From contig CBDCUI010000008.1 of the NCBI GenBank assembly GCA_965222615.1, positions 320,001 through 384,000 on the forward strand: a stretch of 64,000 bases of DNA, in the 5' to 3' direction. Positions 11,890 to 21,940 of the stretch are shown in pieces (position 1 is the stretch's first letter; every line of letters starts with the position of its first letter). Under the pieces are notes generated by a model. The model was given only the letters and a program-made list of their open reading frames with translations, made no database searches and was not told the origin of the DNA. The translations under genes and the position numbers were made by a program. Origin of the DNA: Gammaproteobacteria bacterium. Lineage in GTDB: Bacteria; Pseudomonadota; Gammaproteobacteria; UBA4575.

Positions 11890-12053
11890 TAAGGGAGCTA
11901 TGATTTATTAATGAAATGACTGAGATGAGGCAAAATGATTTCGAAAAACGGAATGTATACTTGCTTTATTTTCTTGGCACACGAGAGTATTTCGAGAAAT
12001 CATTACTAATTCATCTTTTTTGGAACATATCAGAATAAATCTGAGCTTTTGTA
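11890..12053 (-). repeat. Palindromic element copy D (inverted, uninterrupted sister of copy B)
   Basis: taagggagctatgatttattaatgaaatgactgagatgaggcaaaatgatttcga aligns to the reverse complement of the copy B right end (taagcaagctctgatttattaatgtaatgcctgatacgaggcaaaaagatttcga); TA-bounded. Confidence 0.8.
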
Positions 12054-12132
12054 AATACAAATATCGTTTATCATCATTCACGCTAACAATTATATTGGCG
12101 TTTCGATTGTCGCGAGTGAGGAGAACTTCTAG

Positions 12133-12732
12133 ATGTCAAAGGATAGTGTAGATCATGGTCGTCGCAAGGCGCTAACAGGTAGTGTTGCAGTTGTTGGAGG
12201 TATTGGATCTGCGATCGCGCTTTGGCCTTTTGCTTCCAGTATGAATCCAAGTGCAAGTGCCTTAGCAGCCGGTGCCCCGGTAGAAGTAGATGTAAGTAAA
12301 ATGGAGCCCGGCCAACTGATTCAAGAAATTTATCGACGAAAACCAATCTGGATTATTCGTCGTACTCCTGAAATGGTGCATACCCTGAGTAAGTTAACCG
12401 AAAAATTACGCGATCCAAATTCTGAAGAAATGCAACAACCCGAATTTGCGCAGAACGAATTTCGATCCATTAATGAAGAATATCTTGTACTCGTTGGGAT
12501 TTGCACACATCTGGGTTGTTCACCTGAATTTCGACCTGAACCAGGTTCAGAAGGGTTAGGCGCTAGTTGGCTTGGTGGTTTTTATTGCGCTTGTCATGGT
12601 TCCAGGTTTGATTTGGCTGGACGTGTCTATAAAAACGTGCCGGCAAATAAAAATCTTGAAGTTCCAAAGTATTATTTTCCTAGTGAAGGAAGGATTTTAA
12701 TTGGCATGACAAAAGAAGAGGCATCGGCATGA
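12133..12732 (+). CDS. petA: Ubiquinol-cytochrome c reductase Rieske subunit
   Basis: Tat-like GRRKAL + TM; CTHLGC and CACHGS boxes. Confidence 0.96.
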   Translation: MSKDSVDHGRRKALTGSVAVVGGIGSAIALWPFASSMNPSASALAAGAPVEVDVSKMEPGQLIQEIYRRKPIWIIRRTPEMVHTLSKLTEKLRDPNSEEMQQPEFAQNEFRSINEEYLVLVGICTHLGCSPEFRPEPGSEGLGASWLGGFYCACHGSRFDLAGRVYKNVPANKNLEVPKYYFPSEGRILIGMTKEEASA

Positions 12733-14120
12733 GTGATCAATCGCAAGGACTTATGGGATGGATTGATGCGCGCTTTCCACTTACTAAAATGTGGAAAGAA
12801 CATTTGTCTGAATATTATGCGCCTAAAAATTTCAACTTCTGGTATTTCTTTGGCTCGTTGGCGTTACTTGTTCTAGTTATTCAAATCTTTAGTGGTATCT
12901 TCTTGACGATGCACTATAAACCTGATGCAGAATTAGCGTTTGCATCGGTAGAGCATATTATGCGTGATGTAAATTGGGGCTGGTTAATTCGTTACATGCA
13001 TTCCACTGGGGCATCATTCTTTTTTATTGTTGTGTACTTACACATGTTTCGGGGCTTGATATATGGCTCGTTTAAAAACCCGCGTGAATTGATTTGGATT
13101 TTTGGGATGTTAATTTATGTTGCGCTAATGGCAGAGGCCTTTATGGGCTATTTGTTGCCATGGGGAAATATGTCCTACTGGGGTGCGCAAGTAATTATTA
13201 ATTTATTCAATACCATTCCATTTGTTGGTGAAGCGATCTCTGAATGGATTCGCGGTGACTTTGTAATTTCGGATGCTACCTTAAACAGATTTTTTTCTTT
13301 GCATGTCATTGCAGTGCCGTTGGCATTACTAGGTCTAGTCGTTGGCCATATCTTGGCGCTGCATGAAGTTGGTTCAAATAATCCAGATGGTGTGGAAATT
13401 AAAAAGAATAAAGGACCAGATGGTATCCCTGTGGATGGAATTCCCTTTCACCCTTATTACACCGTTAAGGATATTTTTGGTGCCTGTGTCTTTTTGGCTA
13501 TCTTTGCCTTTGTTGTATTTTTTATACCGGAAATGAATGGCTACTTTTTAGAGCATGCTAATTTTGACCCTGCTAATGCATTAAATACACCTGATCATAT
13601 TGCTCCAATTTGGTATTTCACACCTTTCTATACGGTATTGCGTGCAATCCCCAATCCCTTTGGTGGCTTCATGGCAATGGGTCTTGCGATTGTGGTGTTG
13701 TTTTTCTTACCTTGGATTGATCGTAATCCCATCAAATCGATTCGCTATCGCAGTTTCTTATTTAAGATAAATATTATTATTTTTGCGATTGTATTTATCA
13801 TTTTGGGTTGGCTGGGCTTGAATCCGGTAACGCCTCTCTATTCACAGCTGGCTTTGCGTTTCACAGAACTTTATTTTCTGTTTTTCTTTGTACTTTGGGC
13901 CTATAGTAAACATAGATCCAATGGATTCTGGATTGGTAGCTTTGTCGTGCTTCTGGCTGGAATTACCTTTTACGACATATTCATGAACAGCTCTGAAAGT
14001 CCCTTATTAATTTGGAAAACTTGGGTTATTCCTGCTGCTTATCTTGTTATAACTCTATTATTACCTTTTTTGACCAGTTGGGATCAGGATAAAGAAGTTC
14101 CTGAGAGGGTAACATCATGA
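12729..14120 (+). CDS. petB: Cytochrome b
   Basis: RYMHSTGAS, LHMFRG, GYLLPWG.MSYWG, FFSLH, HIAPIWYF. Confidence 0.97.
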   Translation: MSDQSQGLMGWIDARFPLTKMWKEHLSEYYAPKNFNFWYFFGSLALLVLVIQIFSGIFLTMHYKPDAELAFASVEHIMRDVNWGWLIRYMHSTGASFFFIVVYLHMFRGLIYGSFKNPRELIWIFGMLIYVALMAEAFMGYLLPWGNMSYWGAQVIINLFNTIPFVGEAISEWIRGDFVISDATLNRFFSLHVIAVPLALLGLVVGHILALHEVGSNNPDGVEIKKNKGPDGIPVDGIPFHPYYTVKDIFGACVFLAIFAFVVFFIPEMNGYFLEHANFDPANALNTPDHIAPIWYFTPFYTVLRAIPNPFGGFMAMGLAIVVLFFLPWIDRNPIKSIRYRSFLFKINIIIFAIVFIILGWLGLNPVTPLYSQLALRFTELYFLFFFVLWAYSKHRSNGFWIGSFVVLLAGITFYDIFMNSSESPLLIWKTWVIPAAYLVITLLLPFLTSWDQDKEVPERVTS

Positions 14121-14878
14121 GAGTACTGGTAAGTTTATTATTCGTTTTACTGGTGTTAGTTGCTAACCCGGCGTGGAGTGCTGGTGGTAGTAACCACGAA
14201 AAAGGTGCGTTTGGTCACGTAAATATTGATTTAAAAAATAAAGCTTCACTGCAACGTGGTGCCAAGTATTTCGTTAACTACTGTCTGAGTTGTCATCCTG
14301 CTCAGCATAGTCGGTACAAGCGAGTGGCAGATGATTTGGGTATTAGTGAAGAAATCATGATGGAAAATTTAATCTTCACAGGACAAAAGTTTGGTGATTT
14401 GATGACAGTAGCCATGAAGCGTGAAGATGCAAAAAAATGGTTTTTAGGTATTGATCCGCCAGATTTAAGTACTCATGTGCGTGCCATTGGACCTCAAGCG
14501 GTTTATGAATTTCTTAAAACTTTTTATATAGATGACTCGCGCCCATTTGGTGTAAACAATTTGCATCTTAATAATACTGCCATGCCGCATGTATTAGCAG
14601 ACTTGCAGGGTTTGCAAAAAGCTGTATTCCACAAAAGCAAAGGTAAGAATGGTAAGGAACATGATGAATTTGATAAATTTGAAGTTGTTCAACCAGGCGC
14701 TCTAAGTGAAAAGGAATATACGCAAGTAGTTACTGATATCGTAAATTTTTTGGCTTATCTGAGCGAACCGGCTCAACTTGTACGCAAAAAAATAGGTATT
14801 GGCGTATTATTATTTCTTGCTGTATTAGGTCTACTTTCTTACTTCTTGAAAAAGAATTACTGGAAAGATGTGCACTAG
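14117..14878 (+). CDS. petC: Cytochrome c1
   Basis: Signal peptide, CLSCH heme motif, AMPH axial Met, C-terminal TM, YWKDVH. Confidence 0.96.
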   Translation: MRVLVSLLFVLLVLVANPAWSAGGSNHEKGAFGHVNIDLKNKASLQRGAKYFVNYCLSCHPAQHSRYKRVADDLGISEEIMMENLIFTGQKFGDLMTVAMKREDAKKWFLGIDPPDLSTHVRAIGPQAVYEFLKTFYIDDSRPFGVNNLHLNNTAMPHVLADLQGLQKAVFHKSKGKNGKEHDEFDKFEVVQPGALSEKEYTQVVTDIVNFLAYLSEPAQLVRKKIGIGVLLFLAVLGLLSYFLKKNYWKDVH

Positions 14879-14925
14879 CTTTTTTCCAAAATAACAATAA
14901 TTACTTCTAAACTAAGAGATTCATA

Positions 14926-15555
14926 ATGGCATTAGTTGCAAATCGTCGTTCAGGGATGACTTTATTTTCGGATCCACGCTGTCCACAAAGTCATCGAACA
15001 AGAATTGTATTAGCAGAAAAGGATATTACCGTTGATGTTGTTCATATCGATCCAAATAATAAGCCTGAAGATTTGCTGGATGTAAATCCTTATAACTCGG
15101 TCCCTACTTTAATTGATCGTGAGCTCGTGTTATATGACGCACGTGTAATTATGGAATATCTGGATGAGCGTTTTCCACACCCGCCATTAATGCCTGTGGA
15201 CCCAGTGTCACGATCTAAATCTAGATTGGCATTGTTTCACATTGAAAAAGACTGGTATGTGCCATTGGATGATGTAGGTTCAGATAATCCTGACATCGCC
15301 AATCGTGCTAGAAAAAATCTGCAAGAAAGCATGCTTGCTGCTATAGAATTATTTAAAGCAAAGCCTTATTTTCTAAGTGACGAATTTAGCTTAGTAGATT
15401 CAAGCATTGCACCGATTCTTTGGAGGTTGCCTAGTTTTGGAATTAAATTAGGTGCTTCGGCAAAACCGATTATGGAATATGCCGAGCGAGTATTCGATCG
15501 GCCATCATTTAGAAGTAGCTTATCTGAAGAAGAAGTAGAAATGTGGCCAGGTTAG
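14926..15555 (+). CDS. sspA: Stringent starvation protein A (GST fold)
   Basis: MALVANRRSGMTLFS, EYLDERFPHPPLMPV. Confidence 0.95.
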   Translation: MALVANRRSGMTLFSDPRCPQSHRTRIVLAEKDITVDVVHIDPNNKPEDLLDVNPYNSVPTLIDRELVLYDARVIMEYLDERFPHPPLMPVDPVSRSKSRLALFHIEKDWYVPLDDVGSDNPDIANRARKNLQESMLAAIELFKAKPYFLSDEFSLVDSSIAPILWRLPSFGIKLGASAKPIMEYAERVFDRPSFRSSLSEEEVEMWPG

Positions 15556-15616
15556 TTTGTGCTGTGCATAGATGAGCTAGTATGGCTTTAGTGATAATTA
15601 TTTTGTAAATCGAGTT

Positions 15617-16000
15617 ATGACACCAAGTCGGCCTTATTTAATACGTGCCATGTATGAATGGATTGTTGATAATGGGATGACGCCATACATTCTTGCAGAC
15701 ACGAGTAGCGATCAAGTAAAAATTCCTCGTCAGTATGAGGAGGATGGAAAAATTGTATTGAATATAGGTCCAACAGCAGTGCAGTCACTTGACTTAGGGC
15801 AAGAAGCGGTATGCTTTGATGCAAGATTCGATAGTCAACCGATGACTGTAGTGGTTCCCATCGAATTCGTGTTGGCAATTTATACACGTGAAAATGGCCA
15901 AGGGATGATGTTTGCTGATGAAGATGAATTGCCACCAACAGATGGCTCTGAAGATGACTCCCCTAAACCCAAGGGTACGCATCTGCGTGTAGTTAAATAG
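15617..16000 (+). CDS. sspB: ClpXP adaptor SspB
   Basis: SRPYLIRAMYEWIVDN; C-terminal HLRVVK ClpX-binding tail. Confidence 0.96.
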   Translation: MTPSRPYLIRAMYEWIVDNGMTPYILADTSSDQVKIPRQYEEDGKIVLNIGPTAVQSLDLGQEAVCFDARFDSQPMTVVVPIEFVLAIYTRENGQGMMFADEDELPPTDGSEDDSPKPKGTHLRVVK

Positions 16001-16021
16001 CTCGACTCTTAGATTTTGATC

Positions 16022-16528
16022 ATGATTGAAGTTTTACAAGATGACATCACTACACTAAAAGTAGATGCTATAGTAAATGCAGCAAACAATAGTTTACTAG
16101 GTGGTGGTGGAGTAGATGGGGCGATACATCGTGCTGCTGGTCTACAGCTTAGTAAATTTAACAAGACATTAGGCGGTTGTGAAACAGGCGATGCAAAGCT
16201 TTCTCCAGGTTTTAATTTACAAGCCAAACACATTATTCATACAGTAGGTCCTGTTTGGCAAGGTGGAAATTCGGGAGAACCAGAATTATTAAAACAATGT
16301 TATCAACGTTGTTTTGAAATTGCCTTAGCTAATCAAATTCAAACCATAGCTTTTCCTGCAATCAGTACAGGTGTGTACGGTTATCCAAAAGAAGCCGCAG
16401 CTTTAATCGCTACCCAACAAATGCGTGAATTTGAATCAAAATTTAAAACCATCATTGCTTGTTGTTTTAGCGAAGTGGATGTTGAAATTTATAAGCGAAT
16501 GTTAGGTAACAATACCCAAGCCGCCTAG
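16022..16528 (+). CDS. Macrodomain O-acetyl-ADP-ribose deacetylase (YmdB-like)
   Basis: DAIVNAANNSLLGGGGVDGAIH, IIHTVGP, FPAISTGVYGYP. Confidence 0.93.
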   Translation: MIEVLQDDITTLKVDAIVNAANNSLLGGGGVDGAIHRAAGLQLSKFNKTLGGCETGDAKLSPGFNLQAKHIIHTVGPVWQGGNSGEPELLKQCYQRCFEIALANQIQTIAFPAISTGVYGYPKEAAALIATQQMREFESKFKTIIACCFSEVDVEIYKRMLGNNTQAA

Positions 16529-16670
16529 AATCTTTCTCAAAATACATCTAGTACGCTAATATCGCGTTGCAGATCTTTCTCAAATGCTCATTTACTAGCG
16601 TATAACTCCGCTTCTCGAAAGCTCTGCGCCTTGGCTTAGCCCACTATCTACTATTTTGAGATAGATTCTG
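16526..16670 (+). repeat. Palindromic element copy C
   Basis: Arms agaatctttctcaaaata / tattttgagatagattct (1 mismatch); core gcgttgc..aatgctcatttac..taactccgc..gcgccttg; begins at the macrodomain TAG. Confidence 0.85.
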
Positions 16671-16743
16671 ATATTTGTTAATGCCTGCTAACGGTCCAAG
16701 CAGATAGTAGGTATTCTAAAGATTTTAAAAGTAGAATTTGAAA

Positions 16744-18129
16744 TTAAGTGTTCGGTAATGTCTTGCCTGGATTAAGAATATTGTTTGGATCAAACTGTTG
16801 TTTGATTTTTTGCATTAAAGACAGTGTAGTAGGATCAATTTCTTTGTTGACATAGTCTCTTTTAGTAATGCCTATACCATGTTCACCTGAAAGCGTGCCA
16901 TCCAGTTTTAAAACCAATGTAAATACCTCATCGAGGCATTGTGAAGCCGCTTTGGATTCAGCCGGAATCGCAGCATCGTATAATAAATTGACATGTAAAT
17001 TCCCATTGCCTGCATGACCGAAGCTAAAGATAGAAATATTATATTTTTTGCTAAGGGCATCTAATTCTTGCAATAATTTTGGTAAGTGAGTAACAGGTAC
17101 GACGATGTCTTCATTAATTTTGTTTGGTGCAAAGCTGCGCAATGCTGGGGATAGTTTTTTTCGCGCAGCCCATAACTCTTGTTTTTGTTTTTTATTTTTT
17201 GCATTTTGAATTTTAAGGCATCCAATATTTTTTGCTGCATACAGAATAGATTCAACACTTGCATCGACATTATCGTGCAATCCGTCTACCTCAATCATTA
17301 ACATCGCTTGTGCATCTGAATCAAGATTTAAGTCGGAGTGTTTACGAATTAAATTTAATGAACCACGATCAATAAATTCAAGCGCATGGGGTAATGCATT
17401 TTGCGCAAGGATATTCACAACCGCTTCAATTGCTGAATCGGTGTCTTTGTACAAAGCACGAATCGTATCGACTCTTTCTGGCAAAGGACTGAGTTTTAAC
17501 CTAGCCTCAGTAATGATGGCTAGAATTCCTTCTGAGCCAATTAATAAACGCGTTAGATCTAATCCAACCACACCTTTAGTGGTTGCGCTGCCAGTTTGAA
17601 TGGTTTCACCTGCACCAGTTATTGCGCGTAGGCTTAATGTGTTTTCTCTGCAAGTCCCATATTTTATTGCACGTGGCCCTGCCGCATTGCAGGCAAGATT
17701 ACCGCCTACAGTACAATAGTCCGCACTGCTAGGATCGGGTGGCCAAAATAGATTATGGGTTGCTGCTTGCTTTTGTACCTCTACGTTTAAAACACCCGGT
17801 TCGACACGCATGTTTTTGTTTTTATGATCAAACTCTACGATTTGATTCATACGCTCTGTAGACAAGACTACACCTGCTTGAATCGGTACTGCTGCACCAG
17901 TTGTGCCAGTGCCACGGCCTCTGGTAGTAATAGGTATTTTATCTTCGTTACATATTCTTACGATTGCTTGAATTTGCTCGTGCTGTGTAGGTAATAGCAC
18001 TGCATCGGGACAGGCTTGTTGTTTACTGTTGTCATAGCCATAGGCCCAACATTCGCTTGTATCGGTGAATACCGAATCTTTCCCGCAAGCATCAATAAGG
18101 CGAGTAATGATGTGAGAATCTAGAGACAT
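16744..18129 (-). CDS. FAD-linked oxidase (GlcD/D-lactate dehydrogenase family)
   Basis: RGRGTGTTG, PPDPSS, TVGGN, GSEG, GHAGNGNLH, SGEHGIG, LNPGK. Confidence 0.9.
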   Translation of the reverse strand: MSLDSHIITRLIDACGKDSVFTDTSECWAYGYDNSKQQACPDAVLLPTQHEQIQAIVRICNEDKIPITTRGRGTGTTGAAVPIQAGVVLSTERMNQIVEFDHKNKNMRVEPGVLNVEVQKQAATHNLFWPPDPSSADYCTVGGNLACNAAGPRAIKYGTCRENTLSLRAITGAGETIQTGSATTKGVVGLDLTRLLIGSEGILAIITEARLKLSPLPERVDTIRALYKDTDSAIEAVVNILAQNALPHALEFIDRGSLNLIRKHSDLNLDSDAQAMLMIEVDGLHDNVDASVESILYAAKNIGCLKIQNAKNKKQKQELWAARKKLSPALRSFAPNKINEDIVVPVTHLPKLLQELDALSKKYNISIFSFGHAGNGNLHVNLLYDAAIPAESKAASQCLDEVFTLVLKLDGTLSGEHGIGITKRDYVNKEIDPTTLSLMQKIKQQFDPNNILNPGKTLPNT

Positions 18130-18150
18130 CCTTATATAACTAAGGAAAGT

Positions 18151-18747
<597 letters not shown>

Positions 18748-18755
18748 CTATAATT

Positions 18756-19103
18756 TTAATAAGCATTAAATGCGTTGCTTATCCATTGAGGATGAAAAGA
18801 CGCATCGAAACCAACAATATCAAAACGCGCAGGAGTATTTAGATGGTGTCGTGCAATATAATGGCTTGCAGTAGTGATAAGTTTTTGCATTTTATTTCTG
18901 TCTACTGAATCAATGGCAGTGCCGTGACTATCGTTTTTTCGATAACGCACTTCAACAAATACCAGTTCTTCTTTGTCCTGCATAATTAAATCTATTTCAC
19001 CATTTCTGCAGCGATAGTTCTTTTCTATAAGTGTGAGTCCTTGTTTTTGTAAAAATTGACAAGCTTTATTTTCGGCAATACTTCCTTTGTTGATCGTATT
19101 CAC
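18756..19103 (-). CDS. yraN: YraN family nuclease-like protein (UPF0102)
   Basis: NYRCRNGEIDLIM..LVFVEVRYR, RFDIV. Confidence 0.93.
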   Translation of the reverse strand: MNTINKGSIAENKACQFLQKQGLTLIEKNYRCRNGEIDLIMQDKEELVFVEVRYRKNDSHGTAIDSVDRNKMQKLITTASHYIARHHLNTPARFDIVGFDASFHPQWISNAFNAY

Positions 19104-21001
19104 TGTTGAGATATAACTTGAGGGATAGTGGTTGGTGGGTAGCCGAGTGATTGAGGTTGTCCATCTTTAAATTGTGCCCATATTAATTCTCGATAAATTC
19201 GATTTTGTCCTACAATGCTTAATTTCCCTGTTGTGCCGTCGTAACGATCATATTCATAGGCTGCTAAGCGTTGCAGATGCGGAATAATTTGATAGGCATC
19301 TATTCCTAGGGCGGCAAAACGTGGCAATTTAGATTGACTACTAGTAAGTTGTAAATCTAACGAGTCGCGCAGTAGCTCAAATGCAGGATCTTCAGATAAT
19401 AGCCAAGGGATGTCGCAATACGTAACACCGTTAATATCTTGGTCTGCAGAAATGTTTTCATTACCAGTGAACACATGAGAAGTAGCGTATACAGGTAAAT
19501 CTGACGCATAGTGGTAACTTAACTGTGGACGTAATTGTCTAGCTTGCTGCGGTGATGCGGCAATGAATATAAAATCAGCATCTTGACGTCTTTTCGGTTC
19601 AAATTCGACGTTTTGTTTAATGATAGATTGGATATTGCGTCGGCGCTGTTCACTTTGATTAAGTCGTAAAAGGTTTTTAATGGGCTCGGAGTAATCTGCA
19701 CTTTTTGGATCATAGCGTTCATATTGTAGGACTGAGCCACCTAGTTCATAGAAGCGATTAGTAAAGGTTTCTAACAATCGAGTACCCCATTCACCATGAG
19801 GGACTAATACTAAAGCTTCTTGATGGTTATCCAATGATGCACGTTCGGCTACCTGCTTGGCCTCATCTTCTGGTAGCAAACCGAATTGAAATAATTTTTG
19901 TGGGCTGACTACAGCATCATCAGCATAGTTAAGTGAAAGTGTTGGCACACTAATTTGCCCTTGGCTGGCTAAAATATTTACCGCTTCTTTTTGTAAGGGA
20001 CCAATAATAAAATCAGCACCTTCGACCATTGCACGACGATGGTAGCTCACTGCTGTAGCAGTGTCTTCACCAGTGTCATATAACACAATCTGAGGTGGTG
20101 GGTTGAATGTCTCATCAAATTCACGCGCAGTACTAATACCTGCATAAATCGCTTCAGCAACACTATGATATCGCCCAGTCATGGGTAGTAACAGTGCGAT
20201 TTTATTTGGTGCGATGCGAAATGATTCCCAATCTTTGGTAAGTGAATCGACAATATGGTTTGGTACTTTATGGCGTGGAAAGCGAGAGCGCCATTGCTGT
20301 ATCTTGTTTTCAAGTGCAGGTAAATTTTCATGTGGCTGTTTTTGAATAGCGGCTAGTTGTAGCCAAGCCGCGATATCGGCGTCTCTATTACTAGAGGTCC
20401 AGCTTTGCAGTTCTTCTATATTAGTTTTGAGAAGCGACTGCCAGATTAACTGGTTATTTTTCTTAAGTTGGTCAGATTTTTTCAGTATAGGGTTTAATGC
20501 AATTCGAGTGGTAATCGATTCACGTGTTTGGCCCATCGCATTGTACGCTTTAGCTCGAATTGCAAGTACATGTGGTTTGTATTGTGGCGAGAGGTCGATA
20601 ACCTTAAGTGGAACAGTATCTAGAGCTAGCTGCGGTTGTCCATTCAATAATGCCAATTCGGCTGTTGCCACACGTTTTCTGACTAATAAATCTTGAGAAA
20701 GAATGCTTTCATCAATGGCACTGAGATATTGTTGGGCTTGTTGCTTGGTTTCTGGGTGTAATACAGCTTCTGCAGCTCTGATTTGTAATGCCTCGCGCTG
20801 GGGTGAGGATTTAGTTTCGGCTACAGACCAAAATACGGCAGCAGCTTCTTGATATTTGCCAGACTCAATTAATTTTTCAGCGCGTCGAATTTGAGCGTTT
20901 TCTGCATCAAATATATTACCCTCTGACAAAGGTAAATCGGCACAACTGATAAGGGCGAAAACGATTGTAATTGAGATTACAATGGAAGTAATTCTTTGCA
21001 T
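19100..21001 (-). CDS. lpoA: Penicillin-binding protein activator LpoA (lipoprotein)
   Basis: Lipobox LISC, KIALLLP, IIGPL, FGLLPEDEA, ALGIDAY; divergent from rsmI. Confidence 0.9.
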   Translation of the reverse strand: MQRITSIVISITIVFALISCADLPLSEGNIFDAENAQIRRAEKLIESGKYQEAAAVFWSVAETKSSPQREALQIRAAEAVLHPETKQQAQQYLSAIDESILSQDLLVRKRVATAELALLNGQPQLALDTVPLKVIDLSPQYKPHVLAIRAKAYNAMGQTRESITTRIALNPILKKSDQLKKNNQLIWQSLLKTNIEELQSWTSSNRDADIAAWLQLAAIQKQPHENLPALENKIQQWRSRFPRHKVPNHIVDSLTKDWESFRIAPNKIALLLPMTGRYHSVAEAIYAGISTAREFDETFNPPPQIVLYDTGEDTATAVSYHRRAMVEGADFIIGPLQKEAVNILASQGQISVPTLSLNYADDAVVSPQKLFQFGLLPEDEAKQVAERASLDNHQEALVLVPHGEWGTRLLETFTNRFYELGGSVLQYERYDPKSADYSEPIKNLLRLNQSEQRRRNIQSIIKQNVEFEPKRRQDADFIFIAASPQQARQLRPQLSYHYASDLPVYATSHVFTGNENISADQDINGVTYCDIPWLLSEDPAFELLRDSLDLQLTSSQSKLPRFAALGIDAYQIIPHLQRLAAYEYDRYDGTTGKLSIVGQNRIYRELIWAQFKDGQPQSLGYPPTTIPQVISQQ

Positions 21002-21066
21002 TGTCAAAACTCTGATTTGAATATGTTCAAAATAATTATTGTTTAGTAACGTAAGTGTCAGAATAT

Positions 21067-21921
21067 ATGAGCAACCAAGGTACCCTATATGTCATTGCTA
21101 CGCCTATCGGTAATTTATCAGACATTACCTTACGAGCTTTAGACACCATAAAAAAGGTTAAGATCCTGTTGGCTGAAGATACCCGTATTACAAAAAAGCT
21201 TCTGACTCACTATGGTATCCAAGCTGAACTTGAGTCGCTACATGATTTTAATGAATCAGAAAAAATATCGGTAGTGATTGAGCAATTACTTAGAGGTGTA
21301 GACATCGGCATCGTTTCTGATGCAGGCACACCTCTCATTAGTGATCCAGGCTACAAACTAGTAACTGCAGCACAATACGAAAACATACCAGTGCGTCCAA
21401 TTCCTGGTGCGAATGCAGTAATCACGGCGTTATCTGTTGCCGGGATTGCAACAGACCGTTTCACATTTGAGGGATTTCTCCCCAAAAAAGCTGCTGAACG
21501 GATTGCTTATTTGCAGATGTTGAAGTATGAGCGAAGATCGATGGTGTTTTATGAGTCGCCACAACGTATTCAGCAAACACTACAAAGTTTTATTGAAGTT
21601 TTTGGTGGGCAAAGAACAGCTACATTTTTGCGTGAGTTAACCAAACAGTTTGAGCAACACCTGCATGGCGATCTCAGTTCTATCAAGCAAACTTTACAAG
21701 AGCATCCTGAGAAAATAAAAGGAGAATTTGTATTGGTGGTAAGTGGTAACGATTCATCCAACGATGCTGAATCTATCGAACAGGCACAACAGCTTTTAGC
21801 AGATTTGCAAGCACATATGTCGCATAAAGATGCAGTAGAAATAGTCGCTAAACATACAAATATAGGACGCAACCAACTCTATTCATTAGGGCTGAACAAT
21901 GCCTTAAAACATACTAAATAA
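21067..21921 (+). CDS. rsmI: 16S rRNA C1402 2'-O-methyltransferase
   Basis: LYVIATPIGNL, AEDTR, SDAGTPLISDPG, FYESP, RELTK. Confidence 0.96.
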   Translation: MSNQGTLYVIATPIGNLSDITLRALDTIKKVKILLAEDTRITKKLLTHYGIQAELESLHDFNESEKISVVIEQLLRGVDIGIVSDAGTPLISDPGYKLVTAAQYENIPVRPIPGANAVITALSVAGIATDRFTFEGFLPKKAAERIAYLQMLKYERRSMVFYESPQRIQQTLQSFIEVFGGQRTATFLRELTKQFEQHLHGDLSSIKQTLQEHPEKIKGEFVLVVSGNDSSNDAESIEQAQQLLADLQAHMSHKDAVEIVAKHTNIGRNQLYSLGLNNALKHTK

Positions 21922-21940
21922 AGTATGTTATGGTACTAGT

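Noticed and set aside
21004-21030. aaactctgattt, similar to the copy B terminal arm (also near 46060)
   Set aside because: Only 10-12 matching AT-rich bases, with no partner arm or core.
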